Shown piece after piece: positions 10,690 to 25,898 of a stretch of DNA of 64,000 nucleotides. A model generated the notes under the pieces. That model searched no databases and had not been told where the DNA came from. It was given only the letters and a program-made list of their open reading frames with translations. The stretch's first letter is position 1. Every line of letters begins with the position of its first letter. The translations under genes and the position numbers were made by a program. The stretch is from the NCBI GenBank assembly GCA_951406725.2, contig OX597840.1, forward strand, positions 1,922,001-1,986,000. Direction: 5' to 3'. The stretch comes from Octopus vulgaris (lineage: Eukaryota).

Positions 10690-12720
10690 TAGTTGGTCGT
10701 CGCTGTATATGAGATGGTTAGGTTCTTTCTTACAGTGTAGTGATGTCCAATTCGGTTGGCTGGCATAGTTGTTGATGCCACAGTTTGGTGCCAACCCTTC
10801 TAGGATCTACCATAAGCATATCACTGCATCTCTCCCGCATCTTCCCTCCAGGATGTAGAGCCATTGTATTAGTTTGGTTCTTCCATTGAAACAATCTTCT
10901 TAGAACCGCTGAACTGTCTTTAGTTTCACTATTAATTTCACACTGTGGTGTGGCCCCTCATCACAGTTCAAGTCCATTGTCCTTCATAGTTTCCAGTTCT
11001 CTTCTTCTGAAAGTTGTCAGACACGCTCCGGCTATTCGTTTAAGCACTGCCACCATGTTGGTGATATTTACGTGAAACGAATCATCGTGGCTCATATCAC
11101 TCATTGAACTTATCTCTGGGTTTGCCGCTCCTTTTGGTCCAAAGTTTCGTTTTTGCGGCATGTTAGCACAAGCTAGATATTACCGGACGGCTTGGAAATT
11201 TTCTGCATTTAAAGTGCATGTTGTTTTCTTCGGCCAATTTATATATTGTATCTGGGGCATACTGGAGAAAGTTAGAATCGAAAACCTCCTTGATTCCTTG
11301 CACTACTTTTGTGTCGTCAGCATAGCTAGTAAGTATGACTAGCTGAGTAACTAAGGGCTTGTCCAAAAGAGCTACCAATAACAGCGGTTATCCCCAGACA
11401 ATTACCTAAGGCACTCCACTCGCTATTATGGTCTCCTCGGAGAGCGTGCCATCAGCTGTCACAGTTTGGCTTCAATAATTTAAGAAGTCATGTAATCACT
11501 CTCCTAATTTTCCGAAAATCGATCCTCCGAAGTTTGTGATATATCACCCCATGATCAACATTATCAATGGCCTTTGCCAAACCGAGATATATTCTATCCA
11601 CGTTTGAGTGACTCGTCAGTTTGTTTCAACATCCACTCATAATTCTACGTAAGCCCTGCACAGCAGCTTCTTCCTGAGCGGAAATCATGCTGGGTGTTAG
11701 AGGACAAATCATAATCTTTTAGGAACGTGGTCAACTTCTTGATAACGCATTCCATGACTTTGCTGACATGTGGTTTTATAGACATGCCTACAATTTATAT
11801 CATCTGCTCTGCTACACCATTTATGAATAGGACATATTATACCGTCCTTCAACTTTCTGGAAAGTTTCCTATTTGAATTTCCGAGAATTCCCCCAAGGCC
11901 TGTGACTGAGTTTAATATTATTTCTTACTGTGGTTACTTTGAAAATCTATATATCCAGCCTGTAGAGGAAGTCCCTCAACGAAGAGCGGTGCTTACCATA
12001 CGTTGACAAGAGGCAATAACCTCGAAACCGGTCCGTATGTAGTATCCGTATCTTCGGGGAGGCTGATCTCCCTTTGCAGGCTGGCAAGGACACCGAGATG
12101 GTGTCAGCTCTTCTGGTGACGTTGATGTTCGCCTGGGGCTAAATGCATCAGTAACACCCCCACCACCCCGCCCTGACCCTAACCACATTCAGATGGCTGA
12201 TCCCCCTTATGCTATATTACATCAGTTTTCTCATTTCCGATATAATCAATAATTGTCATCGCTTTCTTTAGAGCTGTGGTACCAAAGAATTCATCAAGGA
12301 TAATTATTCATAACTGTCCTAACGGGGTTACGAAATCGTTCTTGTATGTATTACACATACAGTATTTGACTAATCCATTGGAGATCCGCAGTTAGTCAAC
12401 TAGTTTCTTCCAGAAATGGCCCTAACTGCTGAAGCAGACATGTTTGCAAAACGAAAGAAGGCTTTAGCTTTTGTCTTTACATTTTCAACAACCCTGGGCT
12501 CCTTTTTGACCACTCCTTTTCATATGGTTGCTTGAAGTTACTTTCAGTATCGTCCACGTTTGTTTGAGAGAGGGTGCTTCGCTGTCTTTTGGTAGGCCAT
12601 TTAAACGTTTTGAGACCTTTGCTCGTCGTCTCATTAGAATCTTCCTGTCACAGGGATTCTTTTACTTTCTGTCAGTTTGATGTTTTCTCTGGGGCACACT
12701 TGCTGCATGTATCAAGCATG
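10690..12720 (-). mobile_element. Old degraded copy of the CR1/Jockey-group LINE, interrupted at ~11880-12205
   Basis: LTSYADDTKVVQGI...IYKLAEENNMHF (ORF 11163..11378), RIAGACLTTFRRRE, and decayed QHDFRSGRSC and LAKAIDNVDHG motifs. Confidence 0.8.
11997..12039 (+). ncRNA. Hammerhead-like motif with variant core, in an element (~11950-12200) related to 39704-40328
   Basis: catacg TTGACAA gagg caataa cctc GAAA ccgg TC cgtatg; all three helices pair. Downstream ctccctttgca...cctggggcta...atggc matches 40160-40270. Confidence 0.65.
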
Positions 12721-12962
12721 AGCGGACACTACCATCATTACGTAGTATTTAGAGCAACGCTTCTAATGCCGAAGAAACACAAGTTGCCATATAAAGTTGG
12801 TGAAACGAATCATCCATATTAGAACGTCATATAAAACCAGACCCGGTTATAAAAACGTTCAAACAGGAAAACCTAACAAGATGCGTCTTTGATGTAGCAC
12901 TTATCTATAAATAAAATAAGCACTGTCCCATAAATCTTGAGCTGTGATGTCACGTCCATATG

Positions 12963-13032
<70 letters not shown>

Positions 13033-13165
13033 CATACATATATATATATACATATATATATACGCATATATATGTATATATATATGGATATATACATAGA
13101 TTCATGTACATATATGTAAATATAGATTTATGTACATATATGCGTGTATATATATACACACTTAC

Positions 13166-13202
<37 letters not shown>

Positions 13203-13204
13203 TG

Positions 13205-13241
<37 letters not shown>

Positions 13242-13430
13242 TTTGGCGATTTAAACAGGAAAAGTAAATCTACAAAAATGAGTATATATATATATATATC
13301 CCAAGTTATATTCATGTTTGTTATTTTATAATAATTACTGGTATCCTTATATATTAATATATTTTATACCTTAGATGTTAAGCATAATATGTTATATGCA
13401 TGTAAATTACAGTAATTATCAGTTTAGTAA

Positions 13431-13484
<54 letters not shown>

Positions 13485-13541
13485 CAATATAATGTCTAAA
13501 ATTTGATCAACCACCTATTGATCCCCTCCATTTTCTTATTG

Positions 13542-13574
<33 letters not shown>

Positions 13575-13719
13575 AATATTTTTTCTTAATATTTAGTAGA
13601 ATCGACAGTATGGCAGGACAACTGAAAGCTTCGTGAGTTAGCACTGCTACTAAGTACAAATAATATACGTGTATGTACATGGGTAGGTCTCTGTGTTGTG
13701 TTTCTGCTCCCACTAACCC

Positions 13720-13900
13720 TTGAGAACGACATTGATTTTGTTTACGCTTATGATTCCGGCCAATAAAGATATAGAATATGTTCCAGGTTTTAAAATATAC
13801 GTACTAAAATCCATTCGTTGGACTAAAACTCTTGAAGGCGGTGCTCTAGCATGGCCGCATCCCCTGTGACAGAAAACAGTCACAGGACTAAAGTATAAAA
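13720..13900 (+). mobile_element. SINE family A, degraded 3' half
   Basis: gaaggcggtgctctagcatggccgca tail motif. Confidence 0.6.
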
Positions 13901-14019
13901 GAATAAACACACACAGGAATTCTCCCACACGCAATCACATATACACACAGATATACATACATGCATGTCTGTGTGTGTTTCTATGTGTCTGTTTGTGCGT
14001 GTGCTTGTGTGTGTGTGTG

Positions 14020-14275
14020 TGAAGGTGTCTGTCCAAGTGGTTAGTAAACCCCCCTAACAATTGCTAGAAAATGGTTCGTTTTCATTCCATGTTGCTCCAG
14101 TCAGACCAAGTTGAAATTGGTAAGAGAGCGATGGAACAGCCTTTCCATCAGGAAGGAATGTTAACGTGGCTGCCTAGTCAACAGAGTGGTGTCATTTCAA
14201 GGCTAAAACAAAGCAAAGCGCATTGTGACCAGCGATGTAAAACAACATTTGACAGCCTGGTGAATACTGTGATAT
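14020..14275 (+). mobile_element. Degraded SINE-like element with RTE-like 3' tail
   Basis: Head remnant gtgaagg...agtggttag. The tail tgtgaccagcgatgt...tgacagcctggt resembles the RTE 3' end at 26051-26090. Confidence 0.45.
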
Positions 14276-14341
14276 ATAACAGCGTGAGGCGTTGCTTATA
14301 GTAACTACCCTGAATATAATTAATGTATTTTATATATATTA

Positions 14342-14749
14342 CCAGCAGTATAGCCCGGCGTTGCTCGGGTTTGTTTCGACTCTTTAAAATTGGGATTTTT
14401 GAAAAGTAATTATTTTACATGTAGCTTGTAATTATTTTATATGTAGCTTGTTATTCTCTTTAAGTGAACATTTTTCTGGTTGAAATACACCGACAAATGG
14501 TGACCCAGCAGTCAAAAAGTCGTAAAAAATTAGGGATTTTCATAGAAAAAAACCCACCTTATTGATGTAAATAATTTTTGTTCTTAACATGTTCCGATTT
14601 GAATCTTTTCTTCTACGGAATGAAGAACAGGCCTTCTATCATACTCTCAATTTTCGTCAACTTGCGTGGCAGGGTCTCGGAGGAGATAGTGTTAGTTGAA
14701 GGCTACCAAACCTGCCACACACAGACAACTTCAGCTTTATATGTGCAGA
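14342..14749 (-). mobile_element. Non-autonomous Helitron
   Basis: Minus strand begins A|TC and ends with the GC hairpin cccgagcaacgccggg, then CTGG|T (CTRR). Inserted between A and T with no TSD. Confidence 0.75.
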
Positions 14750-14955
14750 TGACATCCACCCACTCGCAGAAAATGCCTTTGTTATCGAGATAGAGACTTG
14801 AAACCTACTCTGGGCGTAACTGCACGACGTCTTCTATAGGTGTGTAAATTTACAGCTTGATCCTAGCACGTCTAGTGCCATTGAATCCTTACCAAACCAA
14901 AGTGTGCAAGTTTTTTTCCTCTTTGATATAGGTAGATAAGGAAAATAATTACATA

Positions 14956-15025
14956 CTTTCTGTGGAATAGCGTAGGCTCGAAACGTTGAAGACTTTTTCA
15001 CTTCCCGAGCGTTGTAGTAATACAT
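14956..15025 (+). repeat. Fragment of the CTGTAGA-hammerhead repeat family
   Basis: cttt CTGTGGA atagcgtaggctc GAAA cg TT gaagactttttcacttcccgagcgtt. Confidence 0.6.
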
Positions 15026-15299
15026 GTAAATAAACTGATGTTTATCTGTTGAAACTCAATTTTCTTTGTATATACTATACTGAAATATACATGTATATAT
15101 CGAAGTGAAACATCTATTAAACATACCTGAACTCTGTAATGGCTATTAACTGATGGCTATTATGAAATAAAAAACACCAATACTATTAAGTAATACTGGA
15201 CCCCTGAGTATTTCATCGATATATAGGACAACAGCGGGGAAAATTCGATGTTATCATCCCTTTTAATAGGAATCTATAACCTCATAATAATAATATATT

Positions 15300-15338
<39 letters not shown>

Positions 15339-15342
15339 TGAA

Positions 15343-15379
<37 letters not shown>

Positions 15380-15471
15380 CAGATAGATAGATAGACAGAC
15401 AGATAGACAGATAGATAGATAGATAGATAGACAGATAGATAGACAGATAGATAGATAGATAGTTAGATAGG

Positions 15472-15570
<99 letters not shown>

Positions 15571-15618
15571 TTAGATAGATTGATAGATAGAGAGAGAGAG
15601 AGAGAGACAGACAGACAT

Positions 15619-15705
<87 letters not shown>

Positions 15706-16541
15706 CATATGCACACACATAATGCCTTTGCCGGCGTATCAGCAGATAAACTTCTAAAGCCTTAAAATTCAGGAAAATGAATTTGAGCAATTGGAAGCGG
15801 TTAATATTTTAGTTTATGTGACGTCACTACAAATATGGCGGAATGTAACACGATGGAGATCTTCCATAAAAAGAACCGCGATATATTGTTATTAAAGCTG
15901 TGAACTGTCTGATATTTAACGCACGGAATACACTGACTCTTTGAAATAAATAATGGTGATTTGAACGATTCCAAGCAAAATTTATAAGCGACCTATTTTC
16001 TGTGATGAATCTGCGGCTGTAATACTTAGCTTCCTTGTAACAAACATATATATCGGTTGTCTCAACGAAACCGCTGAAAGAAAATGGAGAATATTTTTGT
16101 GAGTACAATATGGCAAATGGTTCAGTCCTACGTGTCAGTGTCTGTGTATGCGCATGCGTGTTTCTGTGTTTCTCTTTACATGGAGGTAGTTCCGTGTTTA
16201 CACCAGGAAGAGTGTGCATATGCACACATGCACATATTCATCTATGTGCATGCATACATACATACATACATACATACATACATTCATACATACATATATA
16301 TATATATATATATACATATATACATATGTGTGTGTGCGTGTTTGAGAGCATTCTCTGTCTATGTATTTATGTGGGCGTTACCGGGAAGTTCGCATTGATT
16401 CAATGGTCTGTCCAATTTCTTTAAGAGCACATATGCGTTTGTATATATGAACACACACAATTAAATTCGAGTAGATATATTTATGACTGCATAATAGTAA
16501 CTGTCGACTGTATGCGCACATATACTATATATAAGTATAGA

Positions 16542-16578
<37 letters not shown>

Positions 16579-16637
16579 AAGAGAGCGAGAGAGAGAGAGA
16601 GAGAGCGATAGAGAGAGAGAGCGCGATAGAGAGAGAG

Positions 16638-16669
<32 letters not shown>

Positions 16670-16715
16670 TGATAGACATAGATAGATACATACATACATA
16701 CATACATACATACAT

Positions 16716-16862
16716 GCAGATGTAGCGGTGTGGTAAGAAACTTGTTTCCCAACCTCATGGTTCCAGGATCAATCCCATTGGTCAAGGGTTTCTACTATAG
16801 CCTCTGGCCGACCAAAGCCTTGTGAGTGGATTTGGTAGTGGGAAACTCAAAGAAGCCCGTCG

Positions 16863-16894
<32 letters not shown>

Positions 16895-17115
16895 CATATA
16901 TATATATATGGTTCTGTGCCTGCGTTTGTTCCTCATTATTGTTTTACAACCAATGTTGGTATGTTCACTTTCGCTTAACTTAGCGGTTCGGCATAAATGT
17001 CCGATACAACAAGTGCTAGGCTTACAAAGAATAAGTCCTGGGGTCGATTTATTCGAGAAAAGTCGGTGCTCATTCATGGCCGCACCAGATGACTGAAGCA
17101 AGTAAATGAATAAAA
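16716..17115 (+). mobile_element. SINE family A, diverged
   Basis: gtgtggtaag...gccgaccaaagccttgtgagtggatttgg...catggccgca...gactgaa. Confidence 0.8.
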
Positions 17116-17201
17116 GATTCAAGGTATATATATATATATATATATACATACATATATGCATATATATATAAGCACAAATGAACACAAAGGCATACTACAC
17201 A

Positions 17202-17336
<135 letters not shown>

Positions 17337-17491
17337 ATAGAAATATTAAAATTACTAAGTCTCTCTAAAAGAGAACAACGGCAGCGTTCTCGGAAAATAT
17401 TAGTTATCGCCATACTAATATGGCATTCTTATAAAAATAAGAATAAAGCTGACCGCTTATTAGCTCCATGAGGCCATCGCCTTAAGTTAGC

Positions 17492-17605
<114 letters not shown>

Positions 17606-17796
17606 GAGAGAGAGAGAAAGATTAGTGTGTGCTCGTGTGACAGCGCATGTGCGTACTTTTATACTTTTATATACTAATATGCATGAGTTTAAATGAACTT
17701 AAGATATACACGTTTGAAGTAATAAGCGTGCGCATATCATATATGCATATATGTGCGTATTATATATATGTATATATAAACATATTTGTATATGTA

Positions 17797-17935
<139 letters not shown>

Positions 17936-17963
17936 GTATATATATATATATATATAAATATAA

Positions 17964-18028
<65 letters not shown>

Positions 18029-18170
18029 TAGTATGCATATATTCATACAGAGGGCGCGATTCATTAAGGCCAACTTCATCTAATCACATTATCTCGGCCT
18101 CCACAAGCGCTACCACAACCAGACCCACAACCAACAACTGCACAGCAACAATGATAACAGCACCATCATT

Positions 18171-18201
<31 letters not shown>

Positions 18202-18409
18202 CCAACACTAGCAGCAGCAGCAGCAGCAGCAACAGCAGCTGTGGTAGGCTCTCATTAAATGTCAACCAATGAACTAATTACAACGTGAGGAAGACAATTG
18301 AAATCCAAGTCTATTTCCTCGCGCCATTTCTGGAAATTGATTTCGGATTTGACTCGCATGCAATGGAGACGTTCCAAGTGTTTAAAAATGGAACGGTTGC
18401 GCAGAGCAG

Positions 18410-18688
18410 AAGATGGTGGGGATGGAGGTGGTGGTGGTGGTGGTGGTGGTAAATATAGAACTGGTGATGGTATTGTTACTGGTAGTGGTAGCTGTGGTGA
18501 TGATGGTGATAGCAGTAGTGGTATTAGCAGTAGTAGTAGTAATTGATATAGTAGTAGTAGTAGTAGAAGTAGTAGCAAGAATAGCATTAGTATTAGAAGT
18601 AGTCGTAATTGCAGCAGCAGTAGTAGCAATAGCTGTTGTAGTTATAGTATTATCATTATTATTATTATTATTAGTAGTAGTAGTAGTG

Positions 18689-18723
<35 letters not shown>

Positions 18724-18855
18724 AGTTGTAGTTGTAGTAGTTGTAGTAGAAAGCGGAGGAAGAGGAGGAGGAGCAGCAGCAGACGGAGGCGGAGGAGAAG
18801 GCGGAGGAGGAGGCGGAATGGTAGTATCATTAGTAGCAGCAGCAGCTATGGCAAT

Positions 18856-18916
<61 letters not shown>

Positions 18917-19250
18917 ATAGTAGTAGTAGTAGCTGCAGCAGTTTCAGCAGCAGTAATAGTATTAGTAGTAGTCGCATTACAGTTAGTCGCAGTAGACATG
19001 TTTTTCGTAATGGTGTTGATAGTGTTGTTGTTGGTAGTGGTGTTTCTAATGGTGGTAGTGGTGGTGGTTGTGGTGGTGCTAGTGGTTGTAGTGGTGGTGT
19101 CAGTGGTGGTGTTGGTGGTGGCGGTGGTGGTGGTGGTGGGGGTGGTGATGATGGTGGTGGTGGTGGTGGTGGTGGTGGTGGTGGTGGTGGTGGTGGTGGT
19201 GGTGGTGGTGGTGGTGGTGGTGGTGGTGGTAGTGCTGGTGGCGGTGGAGC
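18410..19250. repeat. Compound trinucleotide microsatellite (GGT/AGT/AGC/GGA)
   Basis: Directly visible; gives homopolymer ORFs. Confidence 0.9.
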
Positions 19251-19779
19251 TACCAATGGTGTATATCTACATTGTTGTAATATTGTGTATAAGTTTCTTC
19301 TTGCTTTCTGTTGTTGTCGTTTAAGACTTAAGCGAAGCTCGATCGTGTGCGGGTACAAAGTAAAGGTTGCTCCGCTGATGACCATCCAGATTGAAAATGC
19401 TCCATATATACATACATACATACATACTTACATACATACATATATACATACATACATACATACATACATACATGCATACATACATACATGCATGCATATA
19501 TACATACATACATACATACATACATACAAACACAATACATACATACATACATACATACATGCATGCATATATACATACATGCATACATACATACATACAT
19601 ACATACATGCATGCATGTATACATACATACATACATACATACATACATGCATGCATATATACATACATACATACATACATGCATATATACATACATACAA
19701 ACATACATACATACATACATGCATGCATATATACATACATACATACATACATACATACATGCTTACATACATATATACA

Positions 19780-19813
<34 letters not shown>

Positions 19814-20127
19814 CATACATACATGCATACATACATATATACATACATACATACAGCAATTCTAATAAAATTTATAGAGTAACATATTTGGAAGTTATTC
19901 TTGCATTCACCACTGTTACTAAATTGTATTAAATTACTAATGCATGTAATTATGCTATGTTGTGTCATTTCGTATTTCAAGCTTTAATTATTAGTTCAAA
20001 CATATCGTATGCGAAAACTGTTTTTTGTTCATCAAAATATATCCAATCGTATTATATTGTCTCTTTCAATCCTTATACATACATTTCTTTACATACCCAT
20101 ATATACATACATACATGCACATACATA

Positions 20128-20696
20128 GGACAACACAAGGACAGCAATTCTAATGGATTAAGTCGATTATATTGACACCAGTGCGTAACTAGTATTTATT
20201 TAGTCGACCACGAAAGGATGAAAGGCAAAATCAACCTCGGTGGAATTTTGAAGTCAGAACATAACGGCAGACGAAATACCTATTTCTTTACTACCCACAA
20301 GGGGCTAAACACAGAGAGGACAAACAAGGACAGACAAACGTACTAAGTAGATTATATTGACACCAGTGCGTAACTGGTACTTATTTAGTCGACCCCGAAT
20401 GTATGAAAGGCAAAGTCGACCTCGGTGGAATTTTGAACTCAGAACATAACGGCAGACGAAATACCTACTTCTTTACTACCCACAAGGGGCTAAACACAGA
20501 CGGGACAAACAAGGACAGACAAACGAATTAAGTCGATTATATCGACCCCAGTGCGTAACTGGTACTTATTTTATTGGCCGCGAAATGATGAAAGGCAAAG
20601 TCGTCGTCAGCGGAATTTGAACTCAGAACGTAGCGGCAGACGAAATACCGCTAAGCATTTCGCCCGGCGTGCTAACGTATCTGTCAGCTCGCCGCC
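20128..20696 (-). mobile_element. SINE family B, one head with three tandem bodies
   Basis: acgaaatacc recurs at ~20271, 20456 and 20640 (period ~185). Confidence 0.85.
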
Positions 20697-20839
20697 TTAT
20701 ACCATAAACTCGTTACCATGCGTATAGCATTTGGCTCGTATGGAGAGAAAAAAATCCGGGTCCGGTCTCAAACTGGATCCACCGTCCGGGCAGGAAATGA
20801 GCCAAAGTGCGGAAACGTGTGGTGATCTGTTTGTGCAGG

Positions 20840-21725
20840 TAAAACAATGCTTCAAGCCCCCCAAGTTTCTCATATTTATGTTTGGTGACATTTGCAATTT
20901 GTGCTGGGACATAGTCAAGCTCTAGGAGTGCACGCTTTCAATTGGCCAATGTGGTATAGGGGTCTTGCAAAGGATCATATACTTGCTGCAGTTATGGAGT
21001 ATGTATGTTAGCGTTTACAGTATGACCATCTCGGACAATCTCAAAGTGCAACCATCCCCTCGAAATTCGGCCAAACACAATACCTGACCTTACGGTCAAT
21101 CCACCCTTGCTTGACAACACATTCTGAAGCCTGCCTGCCTGCCTGGAGCGCGCCACTGATTTCTATTGTAAGAATTACGAAAATAAATTCATTTTCCTTT
21201 CCCAGTTCCAATTCGATCAAAAAACGTGTATCTCGATGACTTATCATCAGTTGTTCGCAAATGTTCATACGCGGTTGTGTCTGGCCATTGGCCAGTTCAT
21301 AAGGAGCTTCTCGAAAGCGTTTTCTCTCAAGACCAAGCTTATGGTGGTATCAGTTGATGCTACTTTTTAAAGGGAGGACCAGTCTCTGCTGGCAATTTAC
21401 GAGTGCTTGTGCTTGACAGTTCTTCAACTGAAAGTAACCCTGAATTTGTTTTGTCTTCGAGGCTGAGGTAACTGTCCTTGAAACATCTGAACCAATTTCG
21501 TCCGACACGTTCACTGGCAGTTTATGGATTTCCCACATCATTAATTTCTTTCGTGAAGGATTTCCCCGAAAAAATCGAACCTGGTCGTATTTTTGTGAGG
21601 CGTGTTACATATACTATCAGAGACTTTTTCCGAAGCGTTAAATCCCGAAGACCTAAACAAGCAAACACAGTTTGTCAGACGGTGTTCGGAATATATACAG
21701 CATTCTTCTTTCAGTTTATGTTCCA
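20840..21725 (-). pseudogene. Decayed mariner-type transposase
   Basis: Frameshifted peptides SERVGRNWFRCFKDSYLSLEDK (HTH), PYEL...RMNICEQL, FLDRIGTG and KVRYCVWPNFEG...GHTVNA resemble the mariner motifs WVPHEL, RIVTGDEKW and KVMLCVWW. Confidence 0.7.
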
Positions 21726-22285
21726 TAAATCCACTCACAAGACACAAAATGTCTAACAATTATTGTTTTTATTTCTCCGCCCTTTCTGAAATTCCTCATC
21801 CTGCATAGTACTACTCCATTTTAATAGACGTTTCATTAAAATTTCATACTCCACTAAAGTAACCAATGGCTATTACAGACGCTAACGGATAGTGTATAAC
21901 ACCTATTCCTAATATGCATAAACTCGGCCAGAAACTTTCGGGTCCTGGGAATTACCAAGCAACCATAATCCTACAAAACCCCACGCCTTATGTTTTACAG
22001 TCGGCTGGACGTCATTATCGCCCCTCACAATAGCATCATTGGGTCCAGAAAATGCACAGAAGCGAATACATACAAAAATGATACTTGGCTGCGTATACAT
22101 ACACGCAAATATGCACTCATAAATAGATAAACAAATACGTTTACGCATATATAGATAAATATATGCACAGACATTGAAACGTACATTGATAGAGACGTAA
22201 TTACAAAATATTATACTAACACGCATACAAACATATATACATGCGTATGCACAGATTATATATCTATATGTATATATATATATAT

Positions 22286-22323
<38 letters not shown>

Positions 22324-22344
22324 TTCTTCTTCTTCTTCTTCTTC

Positions 22345-22412
<68 letters not shown>

Positions 22413-22440
22413 ATCATTATTATTATAATCATTATTATTA

Positions 22441-22564
<124 letters not shown>

Positions 22565-22599
22565 CATTACTATTATTATTATTATTATTATTATTATTA

Positions 22600-22670
<71 letters not shown>

Positions 22671-22900
22671 GGTATTATTATTATCATCAGTATTATTATG
22701 ATTGTTGTTGCTGTTCTTATTACAGAAAGCGAACGGTTGATACCTAGTATATTACTGGTAAAGCACGATTGCTTTCACTGTGAGGGATCGACTTTACATG
22801 GATCGAAGCAATTGTAGTAATTAATACAAAATTTCGTCTTCCATCTTCCGTCTCTCTCTAACCAAATGTATATACGTACATGTGTATGTATACATATGTA

Positions 22901-22983
<83 letters not shown>

Positions 22984-23361
22984 ACATAGATGTAAATGTG
23001 TGTGTGTCTCCATACAATCATACATAAATACGTACAAACGCACACAAATGCAAGAAACTCATGCTTACGTAGTACTTCGAACCAAATATACACGCATACA
23101 TTAAACACACCTATACAGATACACACACAAACACAATACTCCATCTAATCATACACATATACATATGACTCTCCATATCTCTTCCCCCTCACTGCCCCTT
23201 CCTTACTATCCTTCATCAGAAACGTATATAAAGTAATGCGAGTCAAACTATCTTATAATTAATGGATTTCCTGATCAATAATCATCAACATTTGCTATTT
23301 TAGAAATGTTTTCTTCATATATTTATGTGTATGTTGCTGCTGTTGTTGTTGTTGTTATTAC

Positions 23362-23402
<41 letters not shown>

Positions 23403-23529
23403 GGACATTTTTTCTTTTCTTTATTCACAGTTATCAATGACTATTTTTGTCGGGGAAAAATGGTATTTTATCATATTACTTAGTGTTAAATATCACATAC
23501 AGATATATACATACATATATACACATATA

Positions 23530-23589
<60 letters not shown>

Positions 23590-23709
23590 AATGCGTACAT
23601 ACATACATACATCCATATGTATATATACGTCCCTATATATATGCACATATCTATATATGTGCGTGTGTATATATGTATATGTATATAAATATATATATAT
23701 ATACGTATT

Positions 23710-23742
<33 letters not shown>

Positions 23743-23903
23743 ATATATATGTATTTATATATATATATATACATATATATTTATGTATATATATATATAT
23801 TATATATATATATATGTATATGATTACACGAGCTCGCATACATATAGAGATAGATAGGTAGATAAACAGATAGATTAATAGATAGATAGATTGATAGATA
23901 AAC

Positions 23904-23963
<60 letters not shown>

Positions 23964-23985
23964 CGATCGATCGATCGATAGATAG

Positions 23986-24025
<40 letters not shown>

Positions 24026-24412
24026 TGAGGGAGAGAGAGAGAGATACATACATAGATAGATACATAGATAGATTAATTCATGACGGTCCAGCCAATTGAG
24101 TCTCCACTGGGTGGCCGCAATGAGAGAGTGTTTAGACGAAGATTGATTGTCAGATTATCATCTTTATTTAGTTATAATCTGTAAAGCGCCTCCTTTGTGT
24201 CAATTCACTGAATTACTGTCTGTCAGCGCTGCCGAACGCATAGCCATATGTATATATGAATATATATATACGTACATACAAAAATAAAAATATATGCGGG
24301 TTTGCGTGTGCATGTGTCTGCATATAAGTTATATATGTGCATATTTACATATGTGTGTGTGTCACTGTGTCTATATATTTGTGTGTGTGCGTGTGTGCCT
24401 CTGTGTGTGTGA

Positions 24413-24451
<39 letters not shown>

Positions 24452-24864
24452 TATGCCTGTAGATATATAAATATGGGTACATGTAAATGTGTATTTATAT
24501 ATGCATATATATATATATATATAAATATATATATACATATATTTATGTATGCATGCATATATTTATATATATATGTATATATATACATATATCTATCTAG
24601 TCATTGTCTGTATATATATATGTGTGTGTGTGTATGTGTGTGTGTTTGCACGAGTGTGTGTATGTTTGAGTGTATGTGTGTGTATATGTGTGTGTTATAT
24701 ATAAACATCAGTACAAAAATATATTTCGTCAAGATATATATGTGTGAGTATGTATGTGTGATATATGTATTTTTATGTGTGTATATATGCATACATATAT
24801 ATGTGTATATATATATATATACATGTATGTATAAATACGTATGCTTATATCTAAGTAAATATAT

Positions 24865-24902
<38 letters not shown>

Positions 24903-25588
24903 TATATATATATATATGTATGCGTATATATGTATATATATGTATACGTATATATGTATATATATATATTTATATATACGTGTTTGTGTATGTGTGTTTG
25001 TGTGTATGCCTCTCTCTCTGTGCGTTTGCATGTCCGTGTTTGTGTGTGTGCGTGTGTATATGTGTGTTCATAATTTTGTGCTAACATGTAATCCAAATAC
25101 TTTTTGAAATATGATCGTGTTGATCATGACTGCGGTTGTGCGTGAATGTGTATGAGGTTGCAGTTTTAGGGAATACGTAGATACAAACACACACACGCAC
25201 ACGCATAAGGAAGAGTTACTTTGGTAGATGTGTAGATGAAATTTCTAAGTGATATGGCATCCATTATTGTTTCAAATTTGGCAGTGCGTTCGCCATTGCA
25301 TAACCGTAACTCAAGAATCAGAATAGCGTTATACGACCAAATTAAGGAAGGATGGGTCGAAACGACTATTGAGCAAAGACAACGGTTAATTGCAAATTCA
25401 TATTCTGCTCACATAAGAAATTATTATCATTATTATCTCAACCAAAAGTGCAGAACTCCTAACAGAAATCCTTCTGTAATATACGCCGACTGCGGCTGAC
25501 ATCAGACAGCCCAAACTGTGCCACTGCACTACTCAACACTTGAACACAATAATTGACATATAACCATTCGTCCCAAAAATTAAATATA

Positions 25589-25636
<48 letters not shown>

Positions 25637-25784
25637 TATATATGTATATATGTATGTATATGCATGTACATATATATATATATATATTCTAAAGGGCCAA
25701 TCAAACAAGTCCATTTCTTTTTAAAGGTGTAGCGTTTGTAAGAGTATAGATTGAATTGATATATCAGTTCCATTCTATCAAAAA

Positions 25785-25822
25785 CTGTCTGATGAACGGC
25801 AACGAGAAACTCAGAGTAACAG
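25785..25822 (+). ncRNA. Minimal type I hammerhead ribozyme motif
   Basis: ctgt CTGATGA acg gcaa cga GAAA ctcagag TA acag. GNRA-capped helix II; lies in a ~170-bp island (25687-25856) bounded by (TA)n. Confidence 0.8.
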
Positions 25823-25898
25823 ATTTTGTTGAATTTTCTGCTGCTTAAAATAAAGTATATATATATATACATATACATATATATATATATATATATAT

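Noticed and set aside
12761-12824. ttctaatg CCGAAGA ... GAAA ... CA tattagaa hammerhead-like motif
   Set aside because: Helix I pairs, but two core U positions are C and helices II/III are poor; at most a dead relic.
19370-19405. CTGATGA...GAAA...TC spacing
   Set aside because: No helix I, II or III pairing.
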